Shown: one piece after another, positions 9,896 to 25,795 of the stretch
Layout of the letters: every line of letters begins with the position of its first letter
How positions within the stretch are numbered: the first letter of the stretch is position 1
Origin: Acidobacteriota bacterium
Lineage (GTDB): Bacteria > Acidobacteriota > UBA890 > WLXD01
NCBI GenBank assembly: GCA_965248695.1
Contig: CBDFKD010000002.1
Coordinates: 224,001 to 288,000, forward strand
Direction of reading: 5' to 3'
Length of the DNA: 64,000 nt
The notes under the pieces: generated by a model
What the model was told of the DNA's origin: nothing
The model's input: only the letters and a program-made list of their open reading frames with translations
Database searches by the model: none
Program-made: the position numbers and the translations under genes

Positions 9896-11349
9896 GGCAT
9901 CGCCCTGCCGGCCAATTCCAGAACGATGCCCGGGAAGATCCCCAGGAGCAGGCTCGCCGCCGCGCTGATCAGCAGCGGGGCGACCATCCATGGAACCTCG
10001 CGAACCTCCTCATCGGTGGGGTCCGCCTCCTCGAAATACGCCTTGTAGACGATCGGCCCGAGATATCCGGCGCTCAGCAGCGAGCTCAGCAGGAGAACAC
10101 CCAGCACGACCAGGCTGCCCCTGTCGACCGCCCCGAGGGCAATATTCCACTTCGAGACGAAGCCACTGGTGAGCGGGATGCCGATGATGCTTAGCGAGGC
10201 AAGCGCAAACGCTCCCATGGTCCACGGCATGCGCCGCGCGATGCCCGACAGCTGGCTGATCTCGGTCTTGTGAGTAGAGGCATAGATCGAACCGGCACAC
10301 ATGAACAACGTGATCTTGGAGACCGCGTGGTTGGTGATGTGAGCCGCCCCGCCGAGCACGCCACTGGCGTTCAATAGCGCCGCGCCCAGAACGATGTACG
10401 ACAGCTGGCTGACGGTGGAGAAGGCCAGCCGCGCTTTGAGGTTGTCCTGGCCGAGCGCCAGAAACGACGCCGTCAGGATGGTCACCGAGGCAACCGCCAG
10501 GGCGAGCTGATCGGCACCGATCTGGCGCATGGTGTCGGCGCCGAAGACGAACAGGAAGACCCGCAGCGTCGAGAACACTCCCGTTTTGACCACCGCCACG
10601 GCGTGCAGCAGCGCGCTCACCGGCGTCGGCGCCACCATCGCGGCCGGCAGCCAACTATGAAACGGCATCAACGCGTTCTTGGCAAAACCGAACAGGAACA
10701 GTGCGAAGATCGCGAACAGCAGCGTCGGCTGCTCCGCAGCCTGTGCCGCACCGACGATGCCGCCGCTTCGGAAATCGAGCGTACCGGCGACGTTGTAGAT
10801 CAGGATGATCGCCGGCAGCAGGCAGACCTTTGCCGCGCCCAGCAGGTAGATGATGTACTTGCGCGCCCCTCCCCTCGCCTCGTCGGTTTCCTTGTGCGCC
10901 ACCAACGGGTAGGTGACGAGCGTCAGCCCCTCGTAGAAAAGGAACAGCGTGAACAGATTGGCCGAGAACGCGACCGCCACGGTAGTCGACAGCGCCAGGG
11001 CGAAGCACGCGAAGTAGCGTGTCTGGGCGTGCTCCTCGAGCGTTCGCATGTAGCCGATCGAATAGAACGACGTCAGCACCCAGAGCAACGACGCGCCCGA
11101 GGCAAACAGCAGACCGAAGGCATCGACCCGGAATGCCAACTCGACGCCCGGCAGGAGCCGGAACAGCACCCCTCCCGGCGCTCCACCGGCCAGGACCTCG
11201 GGGATCATCAGCGCGGTCAGAGCGAACATCACGACGCCGGCGGCGATCGACCAGAACTCGCGCAGGTTGGCGCGCCGTTCGCCGGTGCAGGCGATCAGCA
11301 GTGCCCCGACTGCCGGGACCAGTACGATGACTAGCGGAAGCACGTACAT
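9892..11349 (-). CDS. MrpD-family monovalent cation/H+ antiporter subunit
   Basis: FYEGLTLVTYPLVAH, HSWLPAAMVAPTPVSALLHAVAVVKTG and DNLKARLAFSTVSQLSY motifs. Confidence 0.85.
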   Translation of the reverse strand: MYVLPLVIVLVPAVGALLIACTGERRANLREFWSIAAGVVMFALTALMIPEVLAGGAPGGVLFRLLPGVELAFRVDAFGLLFASGASLLWVLTSFYSIGYMRTLEEHAQTRYFACFALALSTTVAVAFSANLFTLFLFYEGLTLVTYPLVAHKETDEARGGARKYIIYLLGAAKVCLLPAIILIYNVAGTLDFRSGGIVGAAQAAEQPTLLFAIFALFLFGFAKNALMPFHSWLPAAMVAPTPVSALLHAVAVVKTGVFSTLRVFLFVFGADTMRQIGADQLALAVASVTILTASFLALGQDNLKARLAFSTVSQLSYIVLGAALLNASGVLGGAAHITNHAVSKITLFMCAGSIYASTHKTEISQLSGIARRMPWTMGAFALASLSIIGIPLTSGFVSKWNIALGAVDRGSLVVLGVLLLSSLLSAGYLGPIVYKAYFEEADPTDEEVREVPWMVAPLLISAAASLLLGIFPGIVLELAGRAMP

Positions 11350-11359
11350 GCCGACGGCA

Positions 11360-11665
11360 TCACCACTTGAGCTCGGTCAGATCCGCCACGCCTGCCCCGG
11401 GCTTGTTCCGGTTCAGCGCGATCACGAGCCCCAGCCCGACCCCGGCCTCGGCGGCCGCCACGGCGATCACGAAGAGGGCCAGCACCTGGCCACGTGGGTC
11501 ATCGAGGTGCCGGCTGAAGCCGGCAAGGCTGAGGTTCACGGCGTTGAGCATGACCTCGACGGAGACGAACATGAGGATGATGTTGCGCCGGGCGAGAAAG
11601 CCGAAGGCGCCGATTCCGAAGAGGATCGCGCTCAACGCGAGAATCGTGCTGGTGGCCGGAATCAA
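11360..11665 (-). CDS. nuoK: NADH-quinone oxidoreductase subunit K
   Basis: RRNII, SVEVMLNAVN and AVAAAEAGVGL motifs. Confidence 0.93.
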   Translation of the reverse strand: MIPATSTILALSAILFGIGAFGFLARRNIILMFVSVEVMLNAVNLSLAGFSRHLDDPRGQVLALFVIAVAAAEAGVGLGLVIALNRNKPGAGVADLTELKW

Positions 11666-12195
11666 GACGACTCTTCCCTCTTCCGCGCCAGCACGACGGC
11701 GCCGACGATGGCCGCCAACAGCACCAAACCCGCAATCTCGAAAGGCAGCGCGAACGGACCGAACAGCGCCATCCCGATGTCCTCGAGCCCGCCGCGCGCA
11801 ACCGCCTCCGTCGCCACCGGGGTTACCGCTGCGGCACCGGCGGCGGCAACGTCAAGAGCGTCGCCCTGTGCGAGCCAGGCCAGGGCCGCGAATGAGAGCC
11901 CTACCGCGACGGCGAATGGCCAGTGCGGTCCGAATCGTGGCCGCGCCTCTTCACCGGGTAGGTCGAGCAACATCAGCACGAAGAGGTAGAAGATCAGTAT
12001 GGCGCCGGCATACACGATGACCTGCACGGCAGCCAGAAACTCGGCGCCGAGCATCAGGAAGATCCCGGCCACGTGAAGGAATAGAGCCAGCACCCAAAGC
12101 ATGCTGTGAACCGGGTTCTTCCGGGTCACGGCCAGGAGCGCGCTCGCAACGCTGGCTACGGCCATGTAGTAGAAGGTTGCCTGTGCGGCAAGCAT
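11662..12195 (-). CDS. nuoJ: NADH-quinone oxidoreductase subunit J
   Basis: KNPVHS, AEFLAAVQVIVYAGAILI and LPFE motifs. Start taken at ATG 12195. Confidence 0.92.
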   Translation of the reverse strand: MLAAQATFYYMAVASVASALLAVTRKNPVHSMLWVLALFLHVAGIFLMLGAEFLAAVQVIVYAGAILIFYLFVLMLLDLPGEEARPRFGPHWPFAVAVGLSFAALAWLAQGDALDVAAAGAAAVTPVATEAVARGGLEDIGMALFGPFALPFEIAGLVLLAAIVGAVVLARKREESS

Positions 12196-12307
12196 GTCTC
12201 GCTCGTACCGTCGCTGCAGGGCGAACTGGCGACGGTAGGCCCCGATGCGGAGCCCGCGACCCGGCGGCTGCGAAGCTTCGCGGCCGGGTATTTGTCGCCG
12301 CCGGGCG

Positions 12308-12336
12308 ATTATCGCCGAGCCTCCGATGCGCTTCAA
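12308..12336 (-). promoter_or_regulatory. Putative sigma70-type promoter of the nuo operon
   Basis: Minus strand reads TTGAAG-N17-GATAAT, about 110 nt upstream of the nuoJ ATG. Confidence 0.5.
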
Positions 12337-12394
12337 GTCAGGCCCTACGGGCGCCGGCCTTCCGGACCCACGGCAGACTCGACGTACTGAGCCC

Positions 12395-14545
12395 TCAGCT
12401 CACCCAGGCGCCACGATGTTCGATCATCCAGTGCTGCGAATCCAGCCTGTCGACCGCCTCGTTCGGAGGGGCGTACTCACCTTCCGCCGATAGGCACTGG
12501 GCGTTGGCTGTGTCCGACAGGTGCACCGCCAGAATCTGCTGAAGGATTGCCTTACGCATCTCGGGGTCGCGGACCGGCAACAGCACCTCGACACGGCTAT
12601 CGAAGTTCCTCGGCATCAAATCGGCGCTACCGAGGAGCAACTCCGCGTCGCCGCCGTTGCGGAAGTAGTAAAGCCGTACGTGCTCGAGGAAACGGCCAAC
12701 GATGGACGTCACCCGAATGTTGTCGCTGACACCCTCCAGACCCGGCCGCAAACAACAGATACCGCGTACCTGCAGATCGACCTGCACCCCCGCCTGAGAG
12801 GCGCGGTACAGCGCCCGGATACACTCCGCGTCGACGAGCGAGTTCATCTTCATTGCGAGATAGCCGGCTCCATGTCGCCGGTGGGTGGCGATCTCGCGCT
12901 CGATGAGGCCGAGCACTCGCTCACGCATGCCGCCAGGGGCTACCAGCAACTCCTCGTACTCGATGCCGCCGGCGTAACCTGTCAGGGCGTTGAACAGGCG
13001 AGCCGCCTCGGCGCAGATCAACGGATCTGCCGTGAACAGCCCCATGTCGGTGTACAGACGCGCCGTCGTGGCGTTGTAGTTGCCGGTGCTGGCGTGCAGG
13101 TAGTGCACGATGCCCGTTTCCTCCCGTCGCACAACGAGACACAGCTTGGCGTGCGTCTTGAGGCCCACCACCCCATAGACGACGTGCACTCCGGCATCTT
13201 CGAGCGCCCGCGCCCAGACGATGTTGTTGGCCTCGTCGAACCTCGCCTTGAGCTCGACGAGCGCCGCCACCTGCTTGCCGTTCTCCCGCGCGCGCGCCAG
13301 CGCTTCAACCACGGGTGAATCCTGTCCGACCCGGTAGAGCGTCTGCTTGATCGCCAGGACATCCGGATCCTCGGCAGCGGCACGGACGAAGTCGATCACC
13401 GGATCGAAGCTGTCGTAGGGGTGATAGAGCATCACATCGCGTTGTGCGATCGCCGCGAAGATGCCCTCGTCAGCCTGCAGTGCGGCGGGCACCGCCGGAC
13501 TGAAGCGCGGCTCCTTGAGGTCGGGTCGGTCTAGGTCGTTGAGCTCGATCACAGCCGACAGGCCGAGTCGGCCGTATGCCGAGTAGACCTGGAAAGGCGC
13601 GATTCCGAGGTTCTGGATGAGCACTTCGCGCAAGCGAGGCGGGGCCTCGTCGGTGATCTCGAGGCGAACAGCAGAGCCGAACTGACGCAGCCGCAGTCCT
13701 TGCTCGATGCTCGTGAGCAGGTCACCAGCCTCGTCGAGCTCGATCTCCTGATCAGCGTCGCGCGTGACCCGGAAAGGATAGGCAGCAACGATCTCGTGGC
13801 CCGGGAACAACCGTCCGAGGTTGGCCGCGATGACATCTTCCATCCACACGAAGCTGCACTCGGCACCGCCGCGTAGCAGGCCGAGGGACCGTCCGTCGTC
13901 GACGCTGTTCTCGCTCGGCACCGGTAGCAACCGCGGGAAGAACCCGGGAACCTTGACGCGTGCAAAGCGCTCCACGCCGTCGCCATCCTGGACCAGGATG
14001 GCGAGGTTCATGCTCAGGTTCGACACGTGCGGAAAAGGGTGCCCCGGGTCGAACGCCAGCGGCGTGAGCGTGGGGAAGATCTCCTGGCGGAAGTACCGGC
14101 GAACGAGCTTCTGCTGCTTCTTCTTGAGCTCACCGTAGGCGAGTAGGCGAATCCCCTCCGCGGCGAGCTCGTCTTCCATCGCCAGCCAGGTCTTGATGTG
14201 CCGTTCCAGCGACGGCGACAGGACACGACGGATGGCCGCGAGCTGCTCCGAGGGGGTCATTCCGTCGGGTGGGGTAGCCACGACGCCCGCCTGCAGCTGC
14301 TGGCGCAGACCGGACACACGAATCATGAAGAACTCGTCGAGATTGGAAGCAAAGATCGAGGCGAACTTGGCGCGCTCCAGCAGGGGCAGCCTGGGATCCA
14401 TCGCCTCTTCGAGGACGCGGTCGTTGAACTTCAGCCACGAGAGCTCGCGGTTGATGTACAAGCTCGGATGCCGGAGATCGATCTCGGACGATGGCTGAGA
14501 CGCGGCGCGGCGTCGTCTGAGAGACGTGGGCAATTTCGAGGACAT
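12395..14545 (-). CDS. ppk1: Polyphosphate kinase 1
   Basis: NRELSWLKFNDRVL, NLDEFFMIRV, HPYDSF, ELKARFDE, KTHAK and GRFLEH motifs. Alternative start at GTG 14554. Confidence 0.96.
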   Translation of the reverse strand: MSSKLPTSLRRRRAASQPSSEIDLRHPSLYINRELSWLKFNDRVLEEAMDPRLPLLERAKFASIFASNLDEFFMIRVSGLRQQLQAGVVATPPDGMTPSEQLAAIRRVLSPSLERHIKTWLAMEDELAAEGIRLLAYGELKKKQQKLVRRYFRQEIFPTLTPLAFDPGHPFPHVSNLSMNLAILVQDGDGVERFARVKVPGFFPRLLPVPSENSVDDGRSLGLLRGGAECSFVWMEDVIAANLGRLFPGHEIVAAYPFRVTRDADQEIELDEAGDLLTSIEQGLRLRQFGSAVRLEITDEAPPRLREVLIQNLGIAPFQVYSAYGRLGLSAVIELNDLDRPDLKEPRFSPAVPAALQADEGIFAAIAQRDVMLYHPYDSFDPVIDFVRAAAEDPDVLAIKQTLYRVGQDSPVVEALARARENGKQVAALVELKARFDEANNIVWARALEDAGVHVVYGVVGLKTHAKLCLVVRREETGIVHYLHASTGNYNATTARLYTDMGLFTADPLICAEAARLFNALTGYAGGIEYEELLVAPGGMRERVLGLIEREIATHRRHGAGYLAMKMNSLVDAECIRALYRASQAGVQVDLQVRGICCLRPGLEGVSDNIRVTSIVGRFLEHVRLYYFRNGGDAELLLGSADLMPRNFDSRVEVLLPVRDPEMRKAILQQILAVHLSDTANAQCLSAEGEYAPPNEAVDRLDSQHWMIEHRGAWVS

Positions 14546-14634
14546 GGGTGCCACTGATCGCAGGTGAGCAACGGCCGTCGCACGGGGCAGCGAATCGGCA
14601 GCCGGGCGGGGCCTTAGTGATCTGTAACAGGGGG

Positions 14635-14912
14635 TTAGTGGCCTGTAACAGATGAACGTTGCCTATCGTGGTGGCGAAATGGGTCCGGATGCCAGGCGTA
14701 CCGACGAGACGATGTTTGCCCATCTTCGAGGAGGGGCAACGCCGCAGACAGGCCGATTTCTCCATCATCCTCCGGACAGATGGGCAGTTGCGGGCGATAT
14801 CGGCGTTGCGCCTCCTCGACGATGCTCACTGCATCGCCTTCCTCGCCGCGCCTTGATCTCACCCGCAAATCCCATCTGCGATAGGTAACGTTCATCTGTT
14901 GCAGGCCACTAG
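14635..14912. mobile_element. MITE/REPIN-like non-coding element, family A (278 bp)
   Basis: 34-bp terminal inverted repeats, 31/34 matching (ttagtggcctgtaacagatgaacgttgcctatcg). Two internal hairpin units lie in inverted orientation. A partial copy is at 37989-38061. Confidence 0.8.
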
Positions 14913-14959
14913 TATAAGGAGCTACCGCCGGAATCACATTGGCACGCGGGAAACGACGC

Positions 14960-15463
14960 TTGAGAACCCTGTACTTGATGCGGCATGCGAAGTCCGATTG
15001 GGGGGCAACGTTCGAGTCCGATCACGAGCGGCCGATCAATGCTCGTGGGCATGCGGCCGCTACGTCCATGGGACGCTGGATCGCAGAGACCGGGCAGGTG
15101 CCCGCCAGGGTAGTCAGCTCGACGGCCACACGAGCGCGGATGACCGCCGAGATCGCCCATGAGGCAGGTGGATGGGGCACCGACCTCCGGTTCGACGAAG
15201 CCCTCTATGAGGCGCACCCCACGGCGATCTTCCAGGTGATCGGCGCGATCGACGACAGCGTCTCGACCGCGATGCTCGTCGCACATGAGCCGGGAATGTC
15301 GGCCACCGTATCGTTGCTGCTGGGCGCCGCACCGGTGATCTTCCCGACGGCGGCGGTCGCTTGTCTCGACCTGGCGCTGGATTCCTGGTCGCAGATCGAG
15401 CCTGCCTGTGGCCGACTGCGTTGGTTTCTGCCGCCGCGTTTGCTGGCTCCACCCCGAGACTAG
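14960..15463 (+). CDS. sixA: SixA-type phosphohistidine phosphatase
   Basis: LMRHAKSDW, DHERP, SSTATRA and VAHEPG motifs. Alternative start at 14939. Confidence 0.85.
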   Translation: MRTLYLMRHAKSDWGATFESDHERPINARGHAAATSMGRWIAETGQVPARVVSSTATRARMTAEIAHEAGGWGTDLRFDEALYEAHPTAIFQVIGAIDDSVSTAMLVAHEPGMSATVSLLLGAAPVIFPTAAVACLDLALDSWSQIEPACGRLRWFLPPRLLAPPRD

Positions 15464-15489
15464 CGTGGCGCGAACGTCCTAGCAGGCTG

Positions 15490-16997
15490 TCAGGCGGCGG
15501 CGACGACGAGCTCCAGGCGACGATTGAAAGCCGATTGGAACAACGACGCCTGCTTGCGGGTTTCCCACAATTCGACCCACGGCTCGCCGTCAGCCCGCAA
15601 CTCCAGCACCACCTCGCGGTCATCGATGATCGCGCGAACGCCGTGGACGCGTCCGGTGCGCGAGCGATCGAGATACTCGGCGAGGCGCAGGCAGACCGTG
15701 AGCTGCTCCAGCAGACGGGTGTCGCCAGTACGCAGCACTGACCGATACGAAGTGCAGCTCGGACGTCCGGACCGGTGGTACCGCACCAGCAGCGCCAGCA
15801 GTGCCTGCTCGCGATGCTCGAATCCCGCCAGCGTGCTGCCGGTGAGCAAGTACTCCCCGTGCCGAGCGTGATCGCGGTGGCCGACAGTCTTGCCGATATC
15901 GTGCAGCGCTGCTGCCGCCGCCAGTAGGCTGCCCTCCGCGTCGCCATATCCGTGCAGAGGGCCGAGCGCGTCGAACGGTTGCTGCGATAGATCGACGACG
16001 CGACGATTGTGATCTGCGGGCTGCGGATAGCACCAGGCCACGTTGTCCAGGTGGAACGCGCGCACGTCCTCGAGGAGGTATGGCGGTCGGACGAACTCCT
16101 GCATCAAGGCGCCCTCGCGCATCCCGTAGGCGGAGACGATCAGACCCGGAAGCTCCGCCTGCGACAGCACGTGTCGTAGCACCTGCGCCCCGGCCAGCAC
16201 CGTATCGGCGCGGTACGGGTTAATCCCGGACACTCCGGCGCGGCCTCCGACTGACAGGGCCAGCAGACGCACCACCAGTTTCTCGAGCGCGCCCATGTCG
16301 AGGCTGTAGCCGTGCATCTGTGGCCATGGGTAAGCCACCTCGCGCTGCGCCGCCCGCGCCAGGTTGCGGACCGTGCCCCCCATGACGATGATCGGCAAGG
16401 AGTTTGAGCGCATACGCTTCAACAGCTCTCCGAGATCCCTGTCGAGGGCCGCCGTGAGCGCGTCAACGTGGGCGTCGCTTGGCGGGTCTGACCGACCGAG
16501 GTACTGCTCGGAGACGCGGATGGCACCGAAGGGATAGGCACTGCCACGTACAACGCGCGGCGGCGCATCTCCGACACCTGCATGCTGCCGCCGCCCAGGT
16601 CGACCACCCAGGCATCGCCCACGGTGAAGCCGTTGGCCACCGCCAGTACGCCCTGGGCGGCCTCGTCCTCACCGCTGAGGACCTCGATGTCGATGCCCAT
16701 CTGGCGAACCGGTCGCAGGAGCACGTCGCGGTTGCCGGCACTCCGAACGGCAGAGGTCGCCATTACGCGTGGCTCTGGCAACGACGCGGCGCGTGCGAAG
16801 TCGGAGAAAGTCCCTACAGCCGCGAGCGCGCGATCGACCGCTTCGTCGCTCAGCTCACCGCTTTCGGCGATCCCGGCACCCAGCTGAATGACCTCGCGGA
16901 TCTCGTCAAGAAGACGGAACCCTTTCCCCGGCTCGAGCGCGTAGACAACCAGGCGCGCGCTGTTGGAGCCAAGGTCGACGAGGCTTACGTACCGCAC
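15490..16997 (-). CDS. ppx: Ppx/GppA exopolyphosphatase with HD domain (one frameshift near 16552)
   Basis: DLGSNSARL, ATSAVRSA, DLGGGS, GGTVRNLA, GMREG and LHDIG motifs. Adding one base at the AA run at 16552-16553 joins the two ORFs. Confidence 0.85.
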
Positions 16998-17000
16998 CCG

Positions 17001-19136
17001 TCAGGGGCGCCCTGCTCCGCCGCCGTCCGGCGCGGTGAACGCCACCGCGACATTGAAGATCACGTCGACCGGCACGCCGTCCCTCGTCGCCGGGTTGAAC
17101 TGCCATGTCATGACGGAATCGATCGCCAGGCGCTCGAGCTCCGGATGCACGGGCCGCACCACCTTGGCCTCGCGAACGCGCGCTTCCCGATCGACCACCA
17201 GCTCCAACAGAACGTAGTTGGGCAGGCCCATCTCCGCCGCCCAGTCCGGCAGTAGGAGCTCGGATTTGTCGACGACCTCGGGTGCCTCGATGTTGCCGCG
17301 CACCTGCACCGGATCCACCGGCGGCAGGGTCACCGGAGCGGCAACGGGCTCCGGCTCGACCGGTGTCGGAGCCGCTGGTTGCACCACCACCGGCCCCGTC
17401 ACGGCGGTCGGATCGTTGTCTACCCGGGACGCTGGGACGGCGCGCATCGGGAAAAAGAGGCGCCGGCTGACCTGCTGATCTTCCGGCAGGTCAGCTGGCA
17501 CGAACGACCAGCTCACTGGATAGTGATCCGGCTGCTCGACCAGCACGGAGTAGTACTGCGCCGGATCGAGCGGCACCGCCAATGGCGTGGTGCCTTCGAG
17601 CCGCTGCCCGTTGAGGAGAATGCTGGCGCCGTTGGGGCGCGAGACGAACTGATAGATGACCTCGCTGGCGGTAGCCTGGCTTCGCGCCTCTGCGAGAGCG
17701 AACAGTGTCGCCTCCGACAGGACCCCTCCAGGAGCCGGGGCCACCTCGACCGGCGCGTTCTCAAGGGGCGACTCTGCCTCGGCGGTGGCTACGTCAGGCG
17801 GCGGCACGTCCACGGCGACCGTCTCCTCAGCCGGCGCGCCGGAAGCCACTTCGTCGGTTGCCCGGTCGTCAAGTGCCTCGGGATCCGCGCCGCCCGTGTC
17901 AACGGCGCCGTCGAGGCTCGATGGCGGGGTTTCGGCGACCGGCTGCTGCACGGCTGGCGGCTGAACCGGGACCGCGGGAGTCCCGTCGGCCGGCGTCGAT
18001 TCCGTCCCACTGCCGGCAAAAATGGAGACCGCCAGGATCAAGAGCAGCGCGGCAGCGCCGCCGCCCGCCGCGATCTTGCCGTTCGTCGTCTGTAGGAACT
18101 CCGTAGCACTCGCCAACCAGGCGGAGACCAACTGCCCCGTTTCGCCGGACGCTTCGCTGGCGCCGGCGCCAGTGCCGCTGCTGGCGCCCGGCGTCGCCAG
18201 CTGCGTGGCAGCTTCGGGCGAGGGCGCCTTCGCCTTGCGCTTCTTCTTGTCGGCCTGTATCGCCTTGCGCTTGGCCGTCGCGCCCAGCATGACGGCCTCG
18301 TCGGCAGGCGCCGCACCCAGGACATCGCGTACCGCCTCGGCGAACTCGAAGCAGCTCGGATACCGATCAGTGGCTTCCTTCGAAAGCGCCTGCATCACCA
18401 CGCCGTTGATCTCGGCCGGAAGCGTCTTGCAAACGCTGCTCAGGTGCTCCGGATCCTCGTGCACGATCTTGTACATGATCGTGGTGGCGCCCTCGCCGAA
18501 GAACGGCTTTCTGCCGGTCAGCATCTCGTAGACCATGACCGCCAGTGAGAACTGATCGGAAGCCCCGGAAACCTTGTGCCCGGTGATCTGTTCCGGCGAC
18601 ATGTACGCCGGCGTCCCGATGATGGTTCCGGTCGTCGTCAGATTCGAGGTCGCCTCGCGGGCGACGCCGAAATCGGTGATCTTGGGCTGACCGCGCCGGT
18701 TGATGAGGATGTTCGCCGGCTTGATGTCGCGATGGACGATGCCCCGCTCGTGGGCGAAATCGAGACCGCCGCCGAGCTGAATCAGGATGTCTGCGGTTTC
18801 CTTGTACGTCAGGATCCGGTCCGATTCGATGATCGTGTCGAGCGCCTCGCCGCGGATGTACTCCATCGCCAGGTACAGGCTCTCGTCCTGTAGGCCGGCG
18901 TCGAAGATGGTCACCAGGCTGGGGTGCGACATCTTCGCAGCAGCGCGGGCCTCCACCTCGAAGCGGCGCTTGAGCTCGTGGACGTCCTTCTCGTCCAGGC
19001 CCGGGTGCAGCTGAATGACCTTGACCGCTACTTCGCGATCCAGGACCGGATCCTTGGCCAGGTAGACGATACCCATCGCACCGCGGCCCAGGATGCCCTC
19101 GATCTCGAACCGGCCGATTGATTCCGGAAGTTCCAC
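17001..19136 (-). CDS. Hanks-type Ser/Thr kinase - TM - Pro/Ala linker - PEGA-like - TonB C-terminal domain
   Basis: GRGAMGIVY, VAVK, HRDIKPAN, DFG and GTPAYMSPE motifs; one TM; SRPNGASILLNG...GTTP; C-terminal WQFNPATRDGVPVDV. Confidence 0.88.
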   Translation of the reverse strand: MELPESIGRFEIEGILGRGAMGIVYLAKDPVLDREVAVKVIQLHPGLDEKDVHELKRRFEVEARAAAKMSHPSLVTIFDAGLQDESLYLAMEYIRGEALDTIIESDRILTYKETADILIQLGGGLDFAHERGIVHRDIKPANILINRRGQPKITDFGVAREATSNLTTTGTIIGTPAYMSPEQITGHKVSGASDQFSLAVMVYEMLTGRKPFFGEGATTIMYKIVHEDPEHLSSVCKTLPAEINGVVMQALSKEATDRYPSCFEFAEAVRDVLGAAPADEAVMLGATAKRKAIQADKKKRKAKAPSPEAATQLATPGASSGTGAGASEASGETGQLVSAWLASATEFLQTTNGKIAAGGGAAALLLILAVSIFAGSGTESTPADGTPAVPVQPPAVQQPVAETPPSSLDGAVDTGGADPEALDDRATDEVASGAPAEETVAVDVPPPDVATAEAESPLENAPVEVAPAPGGVLSEATLFALAEARSQATASEVIYQFVSRPNGASILLNGQRLEGTTPLAVPLDPAQYYSVLVEQPDHYPVSWSFVPADLPEDQQVSRRLFFPMRAVPASRVDNDPTAVTGPVVVQPAAPTPVEPEPVAAPVTLPPVDPVQVRGNIEAPEVVDKSELLLPDWAAEMGLPNYVLLELVVDREARVREAKVVRPVHPELERLAIDSVMTWQFNPATRDGVPVDVIFNVAVAFTAPDGGGAGRP

Positions 19137-19250
19137 TGCGACTCCAGCGGGCGCCCTCGGGCTACCTGGATAAAGGCCGGCCTGCGGACGCGGCGATAGC
19201 AGACCGGCATGGTAGTTGGCTGTACTGCCAGGGAGCAAGAGCGCTCGGCT

Positions 19251-24138
<4,888 letters not shown>

Positions 24139-24168
24139 TGGTCAGTGCTCCTGATATCGGGAGCCCCG

Positions 24169-24197
24169 CTGGCAGGCCGCGGTGAAAGTGTGGCCTG

Positions 24198-24200
<3 letters not shown>
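24169..24200. repeat. Collapsed family B repeat (fused TIR ends)
   Basis: ctggcaggccgcggtgaaagtgtggcctgcta matches the left TIR of the 42423 element, joined to its right end. It overlaps the gdhA stop. Confidence 0.7.
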
Positions 24201-25574
<1,374 letters not shown>

Positions 25575-25795
25575 TTAGCAGCCGGCGAAGGTGGAAAACG
25601 AGCTTCGTCGCGGCGCGGAACTGGATCCAAGGCGGCGGGTGCGCACTGCACCAGTGGGTGCCCCCTGCTACCGATCAACCGGTGCATGACCTTCTGCTAC
25701 CCATCAACACGTAACTTCTACCACGTTGTGGGCCGGCCGGCTGGCCGGCAAGATCGAGGTAGACTCATCAAGGAGGCTTGAATGGAGGCTGCTCG

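Noticed and set aside
16419-16560. Split ppx as a true pseudogene or programmed frameshift
   Set aside because: One missing base at a short A run restores a full gene with intact motifs and there is no slippery heptamer. Most likely an assembly indel; read data would be needed to be sure.
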